Below, piece by piece: positions 48,601 through 58,200 of a DNA stretch of 64,000 nucleotides (its first letter is position 1; the number at the start of each line of letters is the position of its first letter). The stretch lies in assembly GCA_017411435.1 (NCBI GenBank), contig JAFQQD010000041.1:94-64093 (forward strand). Reading direction: 5' to 3'. Under the pieces are notes generated by a model. It searched no databases, was not told where the DNA came from, and saw only the letters and a program-made list of their open reading frames with translations. This DNA comes from Clostridia bacterium (GTDB lineage Bacteria; Bacillota; Clostridia; UMGS1883). The position numbers and the translations under genes were made by a program.

Positions 48601-48747
48601 ACCAAGGCTGGAGAGGAAATCAAAAGCACGCTGTTCCTGAGGTGTATATACTACTGTTTCTTCTTCATCAGCAGCATTTACAACAGAGAATGTGAAACAC
48701 GATGCGATTATGCAAAGGGTAAGTATTAAGCTTAAAATTCTTTTCAT
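45637..48747 (-). CDS. Large secreted S-layer-homology (SLH) domain protein
   Basis: Signal peptide. N-terminal SLH motifs 'FDFLSSLGIMVGDDKGN...MTRAEFAQLI' and 'AYDAINYIRDLGIMNGTSETTFDPDGEVTTDQ'. ~800 aa beta-rich remainder of unknown function. Confidence 0.7.
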   Translation of the reverse strand: MKRILSLILTLCIIASCFTFSVVNAADEEETVVYTPQEQRAFDFLSSLGIMVGDDKGNSNLEKNMTRAEFAQLINNILSYANGSGAGSDSEGGFFDESIWSDSFFGDDSNEDQLIVDTGSGSDAPVVEVVETKDFEDVSESHWAYDAINYIRDLGIMNGTSETTFDPDGEVTTDQVIKTFMVMLGYKAVAEANGGYPVGYNKFAQRLNLTKGSNAGQICKRGAIAVILKNTMDAQMLVETSYGENGDISFAYDENRTFASEILGLNKIDGLMTDSGYTTLVGESTYEGAKIVVADTLIRVEEGKEFSKFIGRDVTCWYTNYKSDDSGVAVYVELNGRDEVTEIDIETLTSATGDTLNYKVNKIAKKVNYANAYVIYNGAVLDSYNESFFNDFVTNNAYGKIYVIETRDDLYKKIVVIDEFETWVVGNVDSDNTKIYNILRSGTYASEDDIIELDFEDPKYIVNIYDADGNKADFTMIQKNSVLDVIRRGNIFTFYVTNRAISEFTINSITEDKGKTYISDTENEFEVTQAFMDYSLREDFALNKSFTLYLNSYGRVAFAVPQEKAGLQIGYILEIGSLSGSPTNRRYAIQTYTMGGAHTLYELAETLRVSNHDGVESKMTAKEFVEAYSAEYNAESNKIDGMFRYTVNDEDAINYIELPILDANTKITGKLHLVHSNDSGDSEKGYLRQNSNSFGGYVAAPAASKIIMVDSTKRRVDDENAFSAGTIKNLPTHTSDDAGQYHVLRAYTDIEGGMSVKYAVVDLPSGETGMDTSYGVPDVYIITEIGGGRFPDDTLGTIYKAKKYRQGSISDANLYIKDDAVFDTEAETDVRVNSSNTNLGWVKVPFDREDIEVGDIVRVAMDENGIVEHVRVVFDENGVDGTGEPQTPGVIPGVDRWVEADETHPQYNKNPFAYGGGTAMNLASGRSFSSGSFRFFQCYPLKIREGVVKLTGWDVIQNGYPENPADFDTRYKEEVWSVSKIVVVNFVDGDIVVKTGSINDVKTYEDFGTDCSRVMFNSRFANIPNMIVYNSNSWDE

Positions 48748-48777
48748 AATCTTTTAACTCCTAACTGTATGTCCGTA

Positions 48778-50559
48778 TTACTTAGACAGAATACCATATA
48801 TGATTTTTGCGCCTTCTGCTCTTGAGATATTTGCCTTGGGCCTGAAGCTTCCGTCTTCGTAACCGCCAACAATACCCTGTTCGTACAATGCATTTACTGC
48901 ATCAGCAGCGTAAGCACTGATATCAGCCTTATCTGCGAAGTTAGCTTCACCTACAGCTGAGTAATTGAGAGCTCTGCAAATCATAACTGCGAAATCTTCT
49001 CTTGTTACATTGTTTCCTATACCAAATGCTGTTTCACTAACACCATTGATGATGCCTGCTTTTGAAAGTGCTGCGATATAAGGAGCATACCATGCCGACG
49101 GGTCAACATCGGCAAATGCAGTGCTCTCATAAGAAGGCTCGATACCAACTGTAAGGCAGATGATTTTCGCAGCCTGCTCGCGAGTCAATGTGCCAGCGGG
49201 GTTGAAGCGCTGATTACCTACACCATTGATGATACCCTTGTCAGCAAGAGAGATGATTGCTGTCTTTGCCCAGTCATATCCGCCAAGGTCAATGAATGCA
49301 CTTACGGGAGTAGTTGTACCGCCGACGCCAACTGAAACGCTGCCTGTGTTACCACTGGTTCCTGTGTCTGTACCGGGGTTATTTACAGTATAATCTTTCT
49401 TTGCAGATGCAATAATCTTTGCTTCAAGATTTTCTGCTGTAATAGTAGCTCTTTCGTTGTAAATGTCGTTATTTACAGCTGCTATGTTTGCATGGTCAAG
49501 ATATTCTGTCTTGAGAGTATCATTGCCTACAGATACAACATCAAGACCTGCTGCTGCAAGGTTGTCTGCCGTAAGAACTTTTTCAACAATACCATAACCG
49601 CTGTCCTTGTTTCTTCTGATACCCTGAACGAGGATTTCCTTTGCAAATGCTTCACAAAGGTCCTGCTCGTCATCAGCGTCATTATTAAAGATACCATTAA
49701 GAGCAGCGCTTACGCCTGCTGTTGTAAGCTTTGTTGTGTAGATAGTATTGAGAGTGCCTTCTGTTTCAATGTAATCAGTAAGGCCAAGGATTTCATCATA
49801 TACAATTGCAGTTCCGTTAAGAGAAGCCGCAATATCCTGATTGAAGCCTTCAATAGCTATGCAAAGTCTGAGAGCTGCATCAAAAGCAGAATATTCATCA
49901 AGGTAATCTGCTTCATTACCTGCTGTGTATCCTGCAAAGAGGTCTGCTGCAAGCTTGCTTCTGAGAAGTGCTGCAAGCTCTTCCTTGTCAAGCTCTGCAA
50001 AAACTGCGCCGTCTACTGCGAACTCTTCCTTATTTTCTTCTATAAGAGCGCCTGCCGCAGCATCGTCTGCTGCTTCAACTACTTCCTTTGCAGCTGCAAG
50101 CTTTGTATCTTCTGCAGCAAGCCAGTATGAAGCTGTTGCAACCTCGCCGTCATATGCTGCGCCGCCTGCGTAGATGTCAAATGTGTATGAATCATCTTCG
50201 CTGTCTGCGATAGCAGTATCCATATTGAGTGTGAACACAAATTCGAAGTAACCGTTTGCTTTTGTAACTGCAGCGTTCTGATACTGAACTCTTGCAGCGA
50301 TGTTTGCTTCGATATCTTCCATATCATTGTTATCATCATTATTTACATCTTTATTTGTTACAAGAAGTGTTACACCCTCCCCTGCTGCAGCGCCGGGAGC
50401 TGTACCGGAAATTTTAAGTGTGCCGGCAACACTGTCAATTACTGTTATGTCAACAGTAAGTGCCTCTGGAGTTGTCTCAGCAGCAGCAAAAACTGCTGCT
50501 GAGAACATATAAACCACGCAGAGGGCTAATGTAAGAATTCTTTTCTTAGTATTCATCAA
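48778..50559 (-). CDS. Secreted protein with three C-terminal SLH domains
   Basis: Signal peptide 'MMNTKKRILTLALCVVYMFSAAVFAAAE'. C-terminal 'DWAKTAIISLADKGIINGV...LTREQAAKII', 'WYAPYIAALSKAGIINGV...VTREDFAVMI' and 'AYAADAVNALYEQGIVGGY...ISRAEGAKII'. The start overlaps the stop of the upstream beta-helix gene (ATGA). Confidence 0.75.
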   Translation of the reverse strand: MMNTKKRILTLALCVVYMFSAAVFAAAETTPEALTVDITVIDSVAGTLKISGTAPGAAAGEGVTLLVTNKDVNNDDNNDMEDIEANIAARVQYQNAAVTKANGYFEFVFTLNMDTAIADSEDDSYTFDIYAGGAAYDGEVATASYWLAAEDTKLAAAKEVVEAADDAAAGALIEENKEEFAVDGAVFAELDKEELAALLRSKLAADLFAGYTAGNEADYLDEYSAFDAALRLCIAIEGFNQDIAASLNGTAIVYDEILGLTDYIETEGTLNTIYTTKLTTAGVSAALNGIFNNDADDEQDLCEAFAKEILVQGIRRNKDSGYGIVEKVLTADNLAAAGLDVVSVGNDTLKTEYLDHANIAAVNNDIYNERATITAENLEAKIIASAKKDYTVNNPGTDTGTSGNTGSVSVGVGGTTTPVSAFIDLGGYDWAKTAIISLADKGIINGVGNQRFNPAGTLTREQAAKIICLTVGIEPSYESTAFADVDPSAWYAPYIAALSKAGIINGVSETAFGIGNNVTREDFAVMICRALNYSAVGEANFADKADISAYAADAVNALYEQGIVGGYEDGSFRPKANISRAEGAKIIYGILSK

Positions 50560-53500
50560 TTAAAACCCCTCTCAAAACCTTTTGCCGCAGTCTGAAGCTT
50601 CGCTGTATCAGCTTCTGTGAAGTTAAGCTTATCTGCGATAAATATCAATTTCGCGTCGCCGTACCACATTACCTTCTTGCCGAGGGCTTCAACAGTAGCA
50701 CGAAGCGGAATCATTGTTCTGCCGTTTACAAGCTTTGCTTCGGTTTCTGACTCTTTTGCTACACCATTAGCTGTGTAAGTCTTGTTTCCGAGTGTAAACT
50801 TAACAACATTTTCACCACTTGTGATGGTTGCTGTCTGTGTTGCCGCATCCCAGTCAACCTGCGCACCGAATGCTTCAGATACGAAACGGAGCGGAACCAT
50901 AGTTCTGCCATTTTCAATGTAAGGAGCAACATCAGGAATTGTGAGTTCGTCCATAACTGAATATGCTGTCTGGCTGTCAACCTTCATAAGAAGAAGATTT
51001 TCAGCGTAGTCATAGAAGGTACGGTTGAATTCAAGGAGTTCCTTGTCTGCCTTTGTTACACCGATTGCAGGAGCGACAAGTGTTCCCTGTCCGCTGCCCT
51101 TGATTGTAAATACGATGTCACCTGTTTTACCCCAGCTTGCACATTCGTATGTACCGAGGTATACCCATCCTTCTTCACCCTGCGAGAAGTCAATGGTCTT
51201 TGTAACATTCGTCTTACCGCCTGTTGTGGGTGAGTATGCTACCAGTGAAATAGTTGCATTCGGGTCACCGCCGGGGGTGGGCTTGTGGTAATAATATGTC
51301 TTGTAGGGAACTTCTGTATCGGTTACTGTGTAAACAATCTGTGCATTGGCGTCGGTTGAAACCTGAACCTTTGAGCCATCGATTGTTGTATCAGAAATTT
51401 CTGTGAAGTTACCTGTCTTAACAGCGTTCTTGCTTGACGGGTTAGAGATAGTCTTTGCGTCAGACATCTGCGGAGCTGAACCTTCATATACGAAGGGCTC
51501 TGTGGGAATGTCTGCTGCAGGCATCTGCTTGAGCTGAACCTTGGCACCTTCACTACCGGGATATACTACAAAGTAGCCATCGCCGAAGTTGGGAGTATCA
51601 GTATCAAATTCGCTGAATACCATGTTTCCGTTAACCTTAAGGAATACATTTACACCGCCGGGAACGTCAACCGCACCCATTTCGATATCTACCCATGTAT
51701 CTTCCTTAATATAATCATTGGGATATGTTGTAATGATACCTGTCTTTGCTGCCGCGGGGTTGTATTTCTGGAATTCAATCTGATTTTCCTTGATAACTAT
51801 AAGATAGTTCTTAAGAGCTGCCTTATAAGAAATCATTGAGGTATCGCTCTGCTTGAAGGAAAGACCTGTCCAGCCCTTATAGTTAATCTTCATCTTGAAG
51901 TGCTTAACCATATATCCCTGGTTTATTTCGTCAAGCCAAGCCCAGCCGCTGCCGAGAGCATCGATAGTAACTGTGTCTCCTGCCTGCGTAGCGGTTGTCG
52001 CTGCAGAGGATACTGCCCATTTACCCTTTTCGATGTTAAGAGCTGCATGGCCCTTGTTCTTGTAACCGGTAATACCATCCTGGAGGTTCTGAAGTTTAGC
52101 AATCATATCCTGAATGTCTTCCTGTCTGCCTGTTGCCTTGTTGGAAAGTGCCTGTGCTTCGGCAAGGATTGCGTCAATTTGAGAAACTGCATCTGCACTG
52201 AACTGACCTAACTCTTCTCCGATGTTTGCTTCAACAGTCTTTCTGAGCGCCTTAACATTCTTGATTTCGTCATTAAGCATTTCTTTTTCAAGAACATCTT
52301 CCTTGGTAGTCTTGAACATATAGGGAACGCCGTCACTTGGCCAGGTATTACCAAGCTGCTTACCCTGGTTTGTTGCCCAAACCTTGTAGTAGTAAACTGT
52401 GTCGTTCTTAAGGTCGGGAAGCTGAACCACATTGTAAAGAGACTTACCTGAAGCAACAACATTCTTAAGCTCAGGGTCAGTTGCTACTACATATTCGTAG
52501 ATATCAGCAAAGCGGGCGTATTCCCACTTGATATAAGCGAGGTTTCTTATAACCTGTGTATCGCCGTTTGAGGGATAGAGAAGCTTGAAAGGTGTTGCGG
52601 GCTTCTGGATATCCCATACATCCTTCTGAATACCAATCTGGTCCATTGAGAAGTTATCCTCGTTAATGAATGTATCGGGATATCCGAATTCCTTGACATA
52701 TTCGCGTTTGAGTCGCCAGTCGTGATTAGCCGCGTCAACAAATACGCCGTAATCGTCAGTAATCTGGTTGTTTTCAACCTTACCATTATCGATGTGCACC
52801 TGCTTGATTGCGTTCTGGTTAACATCTACCGAAAGGTTGTTACAGAATACATTGTTTGCACAAAGGAGAAGTCTGCCGTCCTTATCAAGCTGCTCTCTGT
52901 ACTCAAGAATTCTGGGATATTTTGCAAGAATTGCGGGAGAGTTAGCGCTGTGCGTAGCTAATGTTGTGTTATATGCTGTATCGTGGATTTTGCTGCCACG
53001 GTCCTGCGCGTGAACACCTGTAGCAGAGTTTACTATGATATTTTCACAGTAGTAGCTGTCGGCACCTACGAAAAGGTTACCTGATGTACTCTTCTTGGAA
53101 CCCGGTACGATGATGTTGTGGTGAGCAATCTGACCTGACTGCCAGTCATCCCAGTAAATACCCTGAAGCTTATATCTTGCTTCGAAGATAGGAGCGAAGG
53201 TATGGATGTAGTTATAGGATAACTCGTTGTGCCACTCGTTCATCTTACGGCCGCAGTATACAACGCCCATGTCGGCAGCGTCCTGCGTAAGAGAGTGCAT
53301 TTCGTTATATCTTATCTTGTTTTCAAGGCTGCCGTACTGTATTGCCTGTGCATTGGGCTGACCGTGCATAATGTTGTTTTCAACTACATCGCCGATTGTT
53401 TCATTATATGCGTTTCTGCCGACACATACTGCGTACTTGGCAAACATACTGCCGCCTGTACCCCAGTTGAAGAAGTGACAGTTTGCAACACGGTTGCCGC

Positions 53501-54728
53501 TGGGTGAAAGGGTTTCCTTGTCGCCACCCTTGTTCAGTTCAATACCGTGGCCGTGAATATCATAAAGCTCACATGCCTCGATAAGGCAGTTTCTTGACTC
53601 GTTCACATAAATAGCACGATAACCGCCGATATTGCTGATGGTAGCATTGCGGACTGTGATATTGTCTGACTTATTGATGTAATAAGCGTAGTTATCAACA
53701 CTATCGCTGACATTTATGCCGTCAAATATAATGTTGGAAGCACCGTTTACATAGATATAGGATTTTGAGTAGGTGCTGAGTGTAAGCTTATCCGTTGTCT
53801 TAAGCTTGTAAGGCGGATAGTAGTAAAGCTTCTTGGTGTTCTTGTCAATAAAGAATTCACCCGGAGAGTCAACCTCTTCAAGGAGGTTTTCAATTCTCCA
53901 TCTGTGACCTGCTGATACACCGTAGATAGACTTCCAACCAAGGAACATTGTTTTGGATTCGAGGTTTACACCGCCGAAGGTAGTCCAGTCCATAGCGTAC
54001 TCGGAACCGAGGTAACCGCGGATAACTGCCTGGTCTGCCTTTTCCCATCTTTCAGGACGAAGGTTTGTGTATTTCCACTCGCCCCTCTCGCCCTTGGTAC
54101 CGCTTGAGATAAGCTCGCCTTGTTTAACTACGGTATTGATATACTCCCAACCGACATTGGGGTATTTTGCAAGCTCCTGTCTCTTATCGTTAAGAGAAAG
54201 GTAAACATATCCCTCAGGTTCACGGGGGTCTGTAGTTCTTGATGTATAGTCAACCATTGACCAGTCCATCTTATACTCTGAAAGGTCAAGTACACCAACC
54301 TTGCTCTGCACTTCGTCAGGAAGACGGTTGATGGTTTCCTTATCCTGGATAGGCTTAAAATCCATATGGTTAAGAGTTATTGCGCTGGAAACTCGAACCT
54401 CACCGTCGCCTGCTGCGCGGTAGATTACGGGGTACTTTTCAGTACCTGAATCTTCTGTTGTGAAGGTAAGTGCAAGTTCCTGCGGATAAACACCTGCATG
54501 AACAATAATTTCTGCCTGTTTCTTTCTGTGGTCTTTGCTGCGCAGATATGTCTTTGCAGCTTCAATTGTCTGGAATGGTTTTGCTTCACTGCCATCTCCT
54601 GCAAATTTTGAGTTTGAGTCGACATGAATTATAATCTTGTCGGCTTCTTCAGCCATTGCAGTAAACGGAAGGAGTGAGAAAACCATTGTCACTGCAAGGA
54701 GCAGTGAAATAATTCTTGATTTTTTCAT
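50556..54728 (-). CDS. Large secreted beta-helix/Fn3/Cu-amine-oxidase-N1-like protein (paralogue 3 of 3)
   Basis: 1390 aa. Signal peptide 'MKKSRIISLLLAVTMVFSLLPFTAMAEE'. Same domain order as the other two paralogues. Translationally coupled to the downstream SLH gene. Confidence 0.75.
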   Translation of the reverse strand: MKKSRIISLLLAVTMVFSLLPFTAMAEEADKIIIHVDSNSKFAGDGSEAKPFQTIEAAKTYLRSKDHRKKQAEIIVHAGVYPQELALTFTTEDSGTEKYPVIYRAAGDGEVRVSSAITLNHMDFKPIQDKETINRLPDEVQSKVGVLDLSEYKMDWSMVDYTSRTTDPREPEGYVYLSLNDKRQELAKYPNVGWEYINTVVKQGELISSGTKGERGEWKYTNLRPERWEKADQAVIRGYLGSEYAMDWTTFGGVNLESKTMFLGWKSIYGVSAGHRWRIENLLEEVDSPGEFFIDKNTKKLYYYPPYKLKTTDKLTLSTYSKSYIYVNGASNIIFDGINVSDSVDNYAYYINKSDNITVRNATISNIGGYRAIYVNESRNCLIEACELYDIHGHGIELNKGGDKETLSPSGNRVANCHFFNWGTGGSMFAKYAVCVGRNAYNETIGDVVENNIMHGQPNAQAIQYGSLENKIRYNEMHSLTQDAADMGVVYCGRKMNEWHNELSYNYIHTFAPIFEARYKLQGIYWDDWQSGQIAHHNIIVPGSKKSTSGNLFVGADSYYCENIIVNSATGVHAQDRGSKIHDTAYNTTLATHSANSPAILAKYPRILEYREQLDKDGRLLLCANNVFCNNLSVDVNQNAIKQVHIDNGKVENNQITDDYGVFVDAANHDWRLKREYVKEFGYPDTFINEDNFSMDQIGIQKDVWDIQKPATPFKLLYPSNGDTQVIRNLAYIKWEYARFADIYEYVVATDPELKNVVASGKSLYNVVQLPDLKNDTVYYYKVWATNQGKQLGNTWPSDGVPYMFKTTKEDVLEKEMLNDEIKNVKALRKTVEANIGEELGQFSADAVSQIDAILAEAQALSNKATGRQEDIQDMIAKLQNLQDGITGYKNKGHAALNIEKGKWAVSSAATTATQAGDTVTIDALGSGWAWLDEINQGYMVKHFKMKINYKGWTGLSFKQSDTSMISYKAALKNYLIVIKENQIEFQKYNPAAAKTGIITTYPNDYIKEDTWVDIEMGAVDVPGGVNVFLKVNGNMVFSEFDTDTPNFGDGYFVVYPGSEGAKVQLKQMPAADIPTEPFVYEGSAPQMSDAKTISNPSSKNAVKTGNFTEISDTTIDGSKVQVSTDANAQIVYTVTDTEVPYKTYYYHKPTPGGDPNATISLVAYSPTTGGKTNVTKTIDFSQGEEGWVYLGTYECASWGKTGDIVFTIKGSGQGTLVAPAIGVTKADKELLEFNRTFYDYAENLLLMKVDSQTAYSVMDELTIPDVAPYIENGRTMVPLRFVSEAFGAQVDWDAATQTATITSGENVVKFTLGNKTYTANGVAKESETEAKLVNGRTMIPLRATVEALGKKVMWYGDAKLIFIADKLNFTEADTAKLQTAAKGFERGFN

Positions 54729-54827
54729 TAATTTCTCTCCTCTTTTAAGAGCAAAATGCTCTGGGGAACAAAATTTATTGTCTTATACGAAAAACTTCTT
54801 ATTTGTATATGTATATAAGAGAGTTTC

Positions 54828-54875
54828 CACCCATCGGCACCGCATGGGTGCCGATAAGGTTTTTATTTATTTTTT
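54828..54875 (+). other. Orphan terminator-like hairpin (atcggcacc/ggtgccgat) followed by a T-run on the plus strand, at the left edge of repeat element R1
   Basis: 9-bp perfect stem followed by ggtttttatttattttttg. No plus-strand gene lies upstream. Confidence 0.4.
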
Positions 54876-55260
54876 GAGATTCTTCGCTTACGCTCAGAAT
54901 GACAAAGGGGCGCGCTCAGAACGACAAGATTGTGTCATTCTGAATGAGCATCCTCTTCCCCGTCATTCTGAAGGAGCATCCTCTTTCCTGTCATTCTGAA
55001 GGAGCGTCCTCTTTCCTGTCATTCTGAAGGAGCAAAGCGACTGAAGAATCTCTTTTTGGGGATTCTTCGCTTTGAGATTCTTCGCTTACGCTCAGAATGA
55101 CAAAGGGGCACGCTCAGAATGACAAAGGGGCACGCTCAGAATGACAAAGGGGCACGCTCAGAATGACAAGATTGTGTCATTCTGAAGGAGCAAATCGAGT
55201 GAAGAATCTCTTTTTTGAGATTTTTCGCTGTGCCTTTTCCTTTACACAAGGGAGGCTTTG
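54876..55260. repeat. Composite tandem/inverted repeat element R1 (22-nt and 30-nt units with a GTCATTCTGA/TCAGAATGAC core)
   Basis: 3 copies of ~30-nt 'gtcattctgaaggagc(a/g)tcctctt(c/t)cc'. Central gaagaatctc-N-gagattcttc hairpin. 3-4 copies of 22-nt 'cgctcagaatgacaaaggggca' in inverse orientation. Same family as R2 and R3. Confidence 0.85.
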
Positions 55261-55275
55261 AGGGGGATTTTTCGA

Positions 55276-58200
55276 TTACTCGCCGATTACTGTGTCTACT
55301 GCGAGTGAAAATTCTTTTTCTGTCATATCTTCGAGTGAATCCCATACGAAGCATTTTGCAGTGTATGTTTCTTCACTGTCACATACGAAGTCAGCAACTG
55401 AAACTGTGCATGACTGACCTGTTGTAAGTGTGTAAGCACCACCCTGTACTGCAACCATCTGACCTTTACTGTTGTAGATGGCAACTGTTGCAGTAAATAC
55501 GCAGGGAGCAGAATCCGTGTTATTCTTGATAACTGCAGAAATTGTAACTGTTCCTTCAATTTCTCCGCCGCCAACAACACCGAATGATTCGATTTCTGTC
55601 GGAGGATAGATTGTCATAAAGGGAATGTTTGCAAGCTCCTTACCGCTTTCAAGAGTTACATCGTCAAAATTGAGTGTGTATACACTCTTGTAAGCAAGGT
55701 CTTCGAAAGTAACTACGATTTCGTTAGCTGATGCAGCTTCGATTGAGTAACCTTCTACTTCGTTACCATCGCTGTCAAGAAGCTTAATCTTTGCAACCTC
55801 GGAAGAAAGAATTTCTTCTTCAAGAGTTACTGTAACTTCGCCTGTAAGGTCAACATCAACATCTGCATCGATTTCTGCTGCGCAGATTTCGTAAGCGCGT
55901 GTCATTACGATATCAACGATTTCAGCGTATGAGTCTGAAGCAGTTGATGAAGTAGGTTCAAACATAAGTAATGCTGCACCGTTGTTGCCGTGGTCGATAA
56001 TATTAAGCATCTTGTCGCCGTTTACGAAGAAGTTAGCATTTCCGTCCTTCATAGCGAGCTTAAGCTCAATACCTGTTGTACCATTAAGACCTGAATATGA
56101 AGTATCGGTCATGGTTGTTGTGTTGTAAGCGTAGTTTGTAGAGCCGTCACCGTCTGTATCGCCGAGGTCTGTCGGGATGGGATGTGAATATGCTCTCAAT
56201 GATGATGAAGCAACAGCCATCTGAATACCAATACCACGATACCATGTGTGGTCGAAGCCGTAGTTTGCGTTAGGCGCGAATGTATGACCGATACCGATAT
56301 TGGAGGTTGAAGTACCTGTGATATTCTTAAATGTTGCCTTAAGTGTGTAATCCTTGTGAGAGTAAACACTGTTGGGCTGTGCAAGAACTGAACCGATTGC
56401 CTTACTTGCGTCGCTGTCTTCCCCGACACCGTGAGTAATCATTGTTCTTGCCTTGTTCTGTCCTGAGTACTGAATCTTAAGGCCAAGACCGTCCTCGTGC
56501 TGAGTTACTGTGCCGTTACTCTTGTAAACATAAGTATCTTTGCCTGATGCGGTTGTAGGACCAACGAAGCCCTCGTCAAGAAGGTCAACCTTGAAGTTGA
56601 TTGTCTTTTCATCGTCTGCCCAGATTTCAGTTTCGCAATCAACATTGTAGATTGTGAGCGCATAGCCGATGAAGGGCTGAAGTCCGCCTTCGGGAATAAC
56701 CTTGTAGGTGTAACGAGTTGAGTTGCCTGCATCCATATATTCGCTTGCAGCTGCTTCAAATGTTACGGGAACAGTTGAATTACCCTGCTTAAGAGTAGCA
56801 TCGAGGTCTGTGATTTCTGCATTGAATTCAAGAGTGATGAAATCAAGGTCCGCGTTCCAGTCAACGAATACTTCGTCAAGAGCGATAGGCTCAACCTTTG
56901 TTGCAAATGCAACAGGGTTGATTGCAGCAAGTCTGTCTTCTGCGGCAACCTTTACATCTGTGAAAACGATTTCGTAATCTGATTCGTATGCAAGGTTTGC
57001 GTATTCGATTGTAGCTGTAAGCTTGTCAGCTGAAAGAGAAACTGTGTAGTCTTCAGTATTTACGGGGTCACCGTTTTCATCGTTAAGAACGATGCCGCCG
57101 ATTGTAGCTTCGTCAATTTCAGTATCGAATGTGATATCGAGTGAACCCTCGATATCAAGGCCTGTTGCAGAATCAAGCTCTGCATCAACTATCTGATATG
57201 CGTAGGGCGCGCCTTCAACTTCGCCTAACACAAATGCCTTTTTCCAGATAAGGAGAGCCTTTGTATCGCCTACATTAGCGATGTTTTCAAGCTTGATTTC
57301 GTAAGGGATTCCTTCTTCAATAGCACTTCCGTCTGCGGGAGCGATTACGATAACCTCAGGGCCTGCGACTGCTCCTGCAGTTGATTCAATTTCAACGCCG
57401 TTCTTTGAAAGAGTTGCGTCATATTCAGAAATCGGTTCTGAGAATGTAACTTCTACTCCGGCTGTGTCAACATCCCATGATGCGATAAGCTCGGGGCTTT
57501 GCGGAGGAAGGTCCTTTGTTCTGAAATTAAGCGCACCCTTGATTGATGCTTTTCCTGCGCCGTCTATCTTTACACCGTCAATGTTGATTGTGTAGTTTGT
57601 TTCGTATTCAAGGCGCTCAACAAAAGTGATTGTTGCTACTGTGTCGCCCTCTGAAAGAGAAACTGTGTAGTTTTCTGTGGGGATTGCTTCGCCGCCCTCG
57701 GGGATGATTTTGATGTTATCCTTTGTAGTAGGGTCAATAGCGCTGCTGAATGTAAGGTTAAGTGTATCTCTTACTTCAACATCTGTATCCTTGTCAAGCT
57801 CAACACTGAAGATTTCGCGAACCTGTGTTACCTGGAAATCGTAAATCTGACATTTTGCAGTTGTGCCTGATGTTGTACCTGAGGGGTTCATAGAGAGGAA
57901 GGGATAACCTGCGTTAACCTCTACCTCACCGTCCATAAGCTTTTCGCCGTTAAGGAATGCTCTTACAACGCCTGCCTTTGATGAAACCTTGAATTCAAAA
58001 CCATTTTCAAAATCGAGGTTGGGAGCACTTGTACGGGCAAAATAAGCAGCTCTGCTTGCTGAATCGCTTCTGTAGTTTGAATTAGCCATGAGATAGTAAG
58101 CAGCGTCATGGCTTGTTGTTTCCATTGCTGCGTAGTCGTATGTCTTGATACCTACGAATTTTGCACCGGTAGCACTTTCACTGTGGATATTCTGTGTGTC

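Noticed and set aside
54876-55260. Possible CRISPR array (short direct repeats of 22 and 30 nt)
   Set aside because: The repeat units are directly adjacent with no unique spacers. They also occur in inverted orientation within the same element. No cas genes are nearby. This fits a composite tandem or palindromic repeat, not CRISPR.
54637-55354. Small ORFs inside the repeat elements (for example 54637..54999 +, 55136..55354 -, 59071..59387 -) with repeated 'PLCHSERA' / 'HPFVILSA' peptides
   Set aside because: The periodic amino-acid repeats are a translation artefact of the nucleotide tandem repeats. There is no RBS and no start context.
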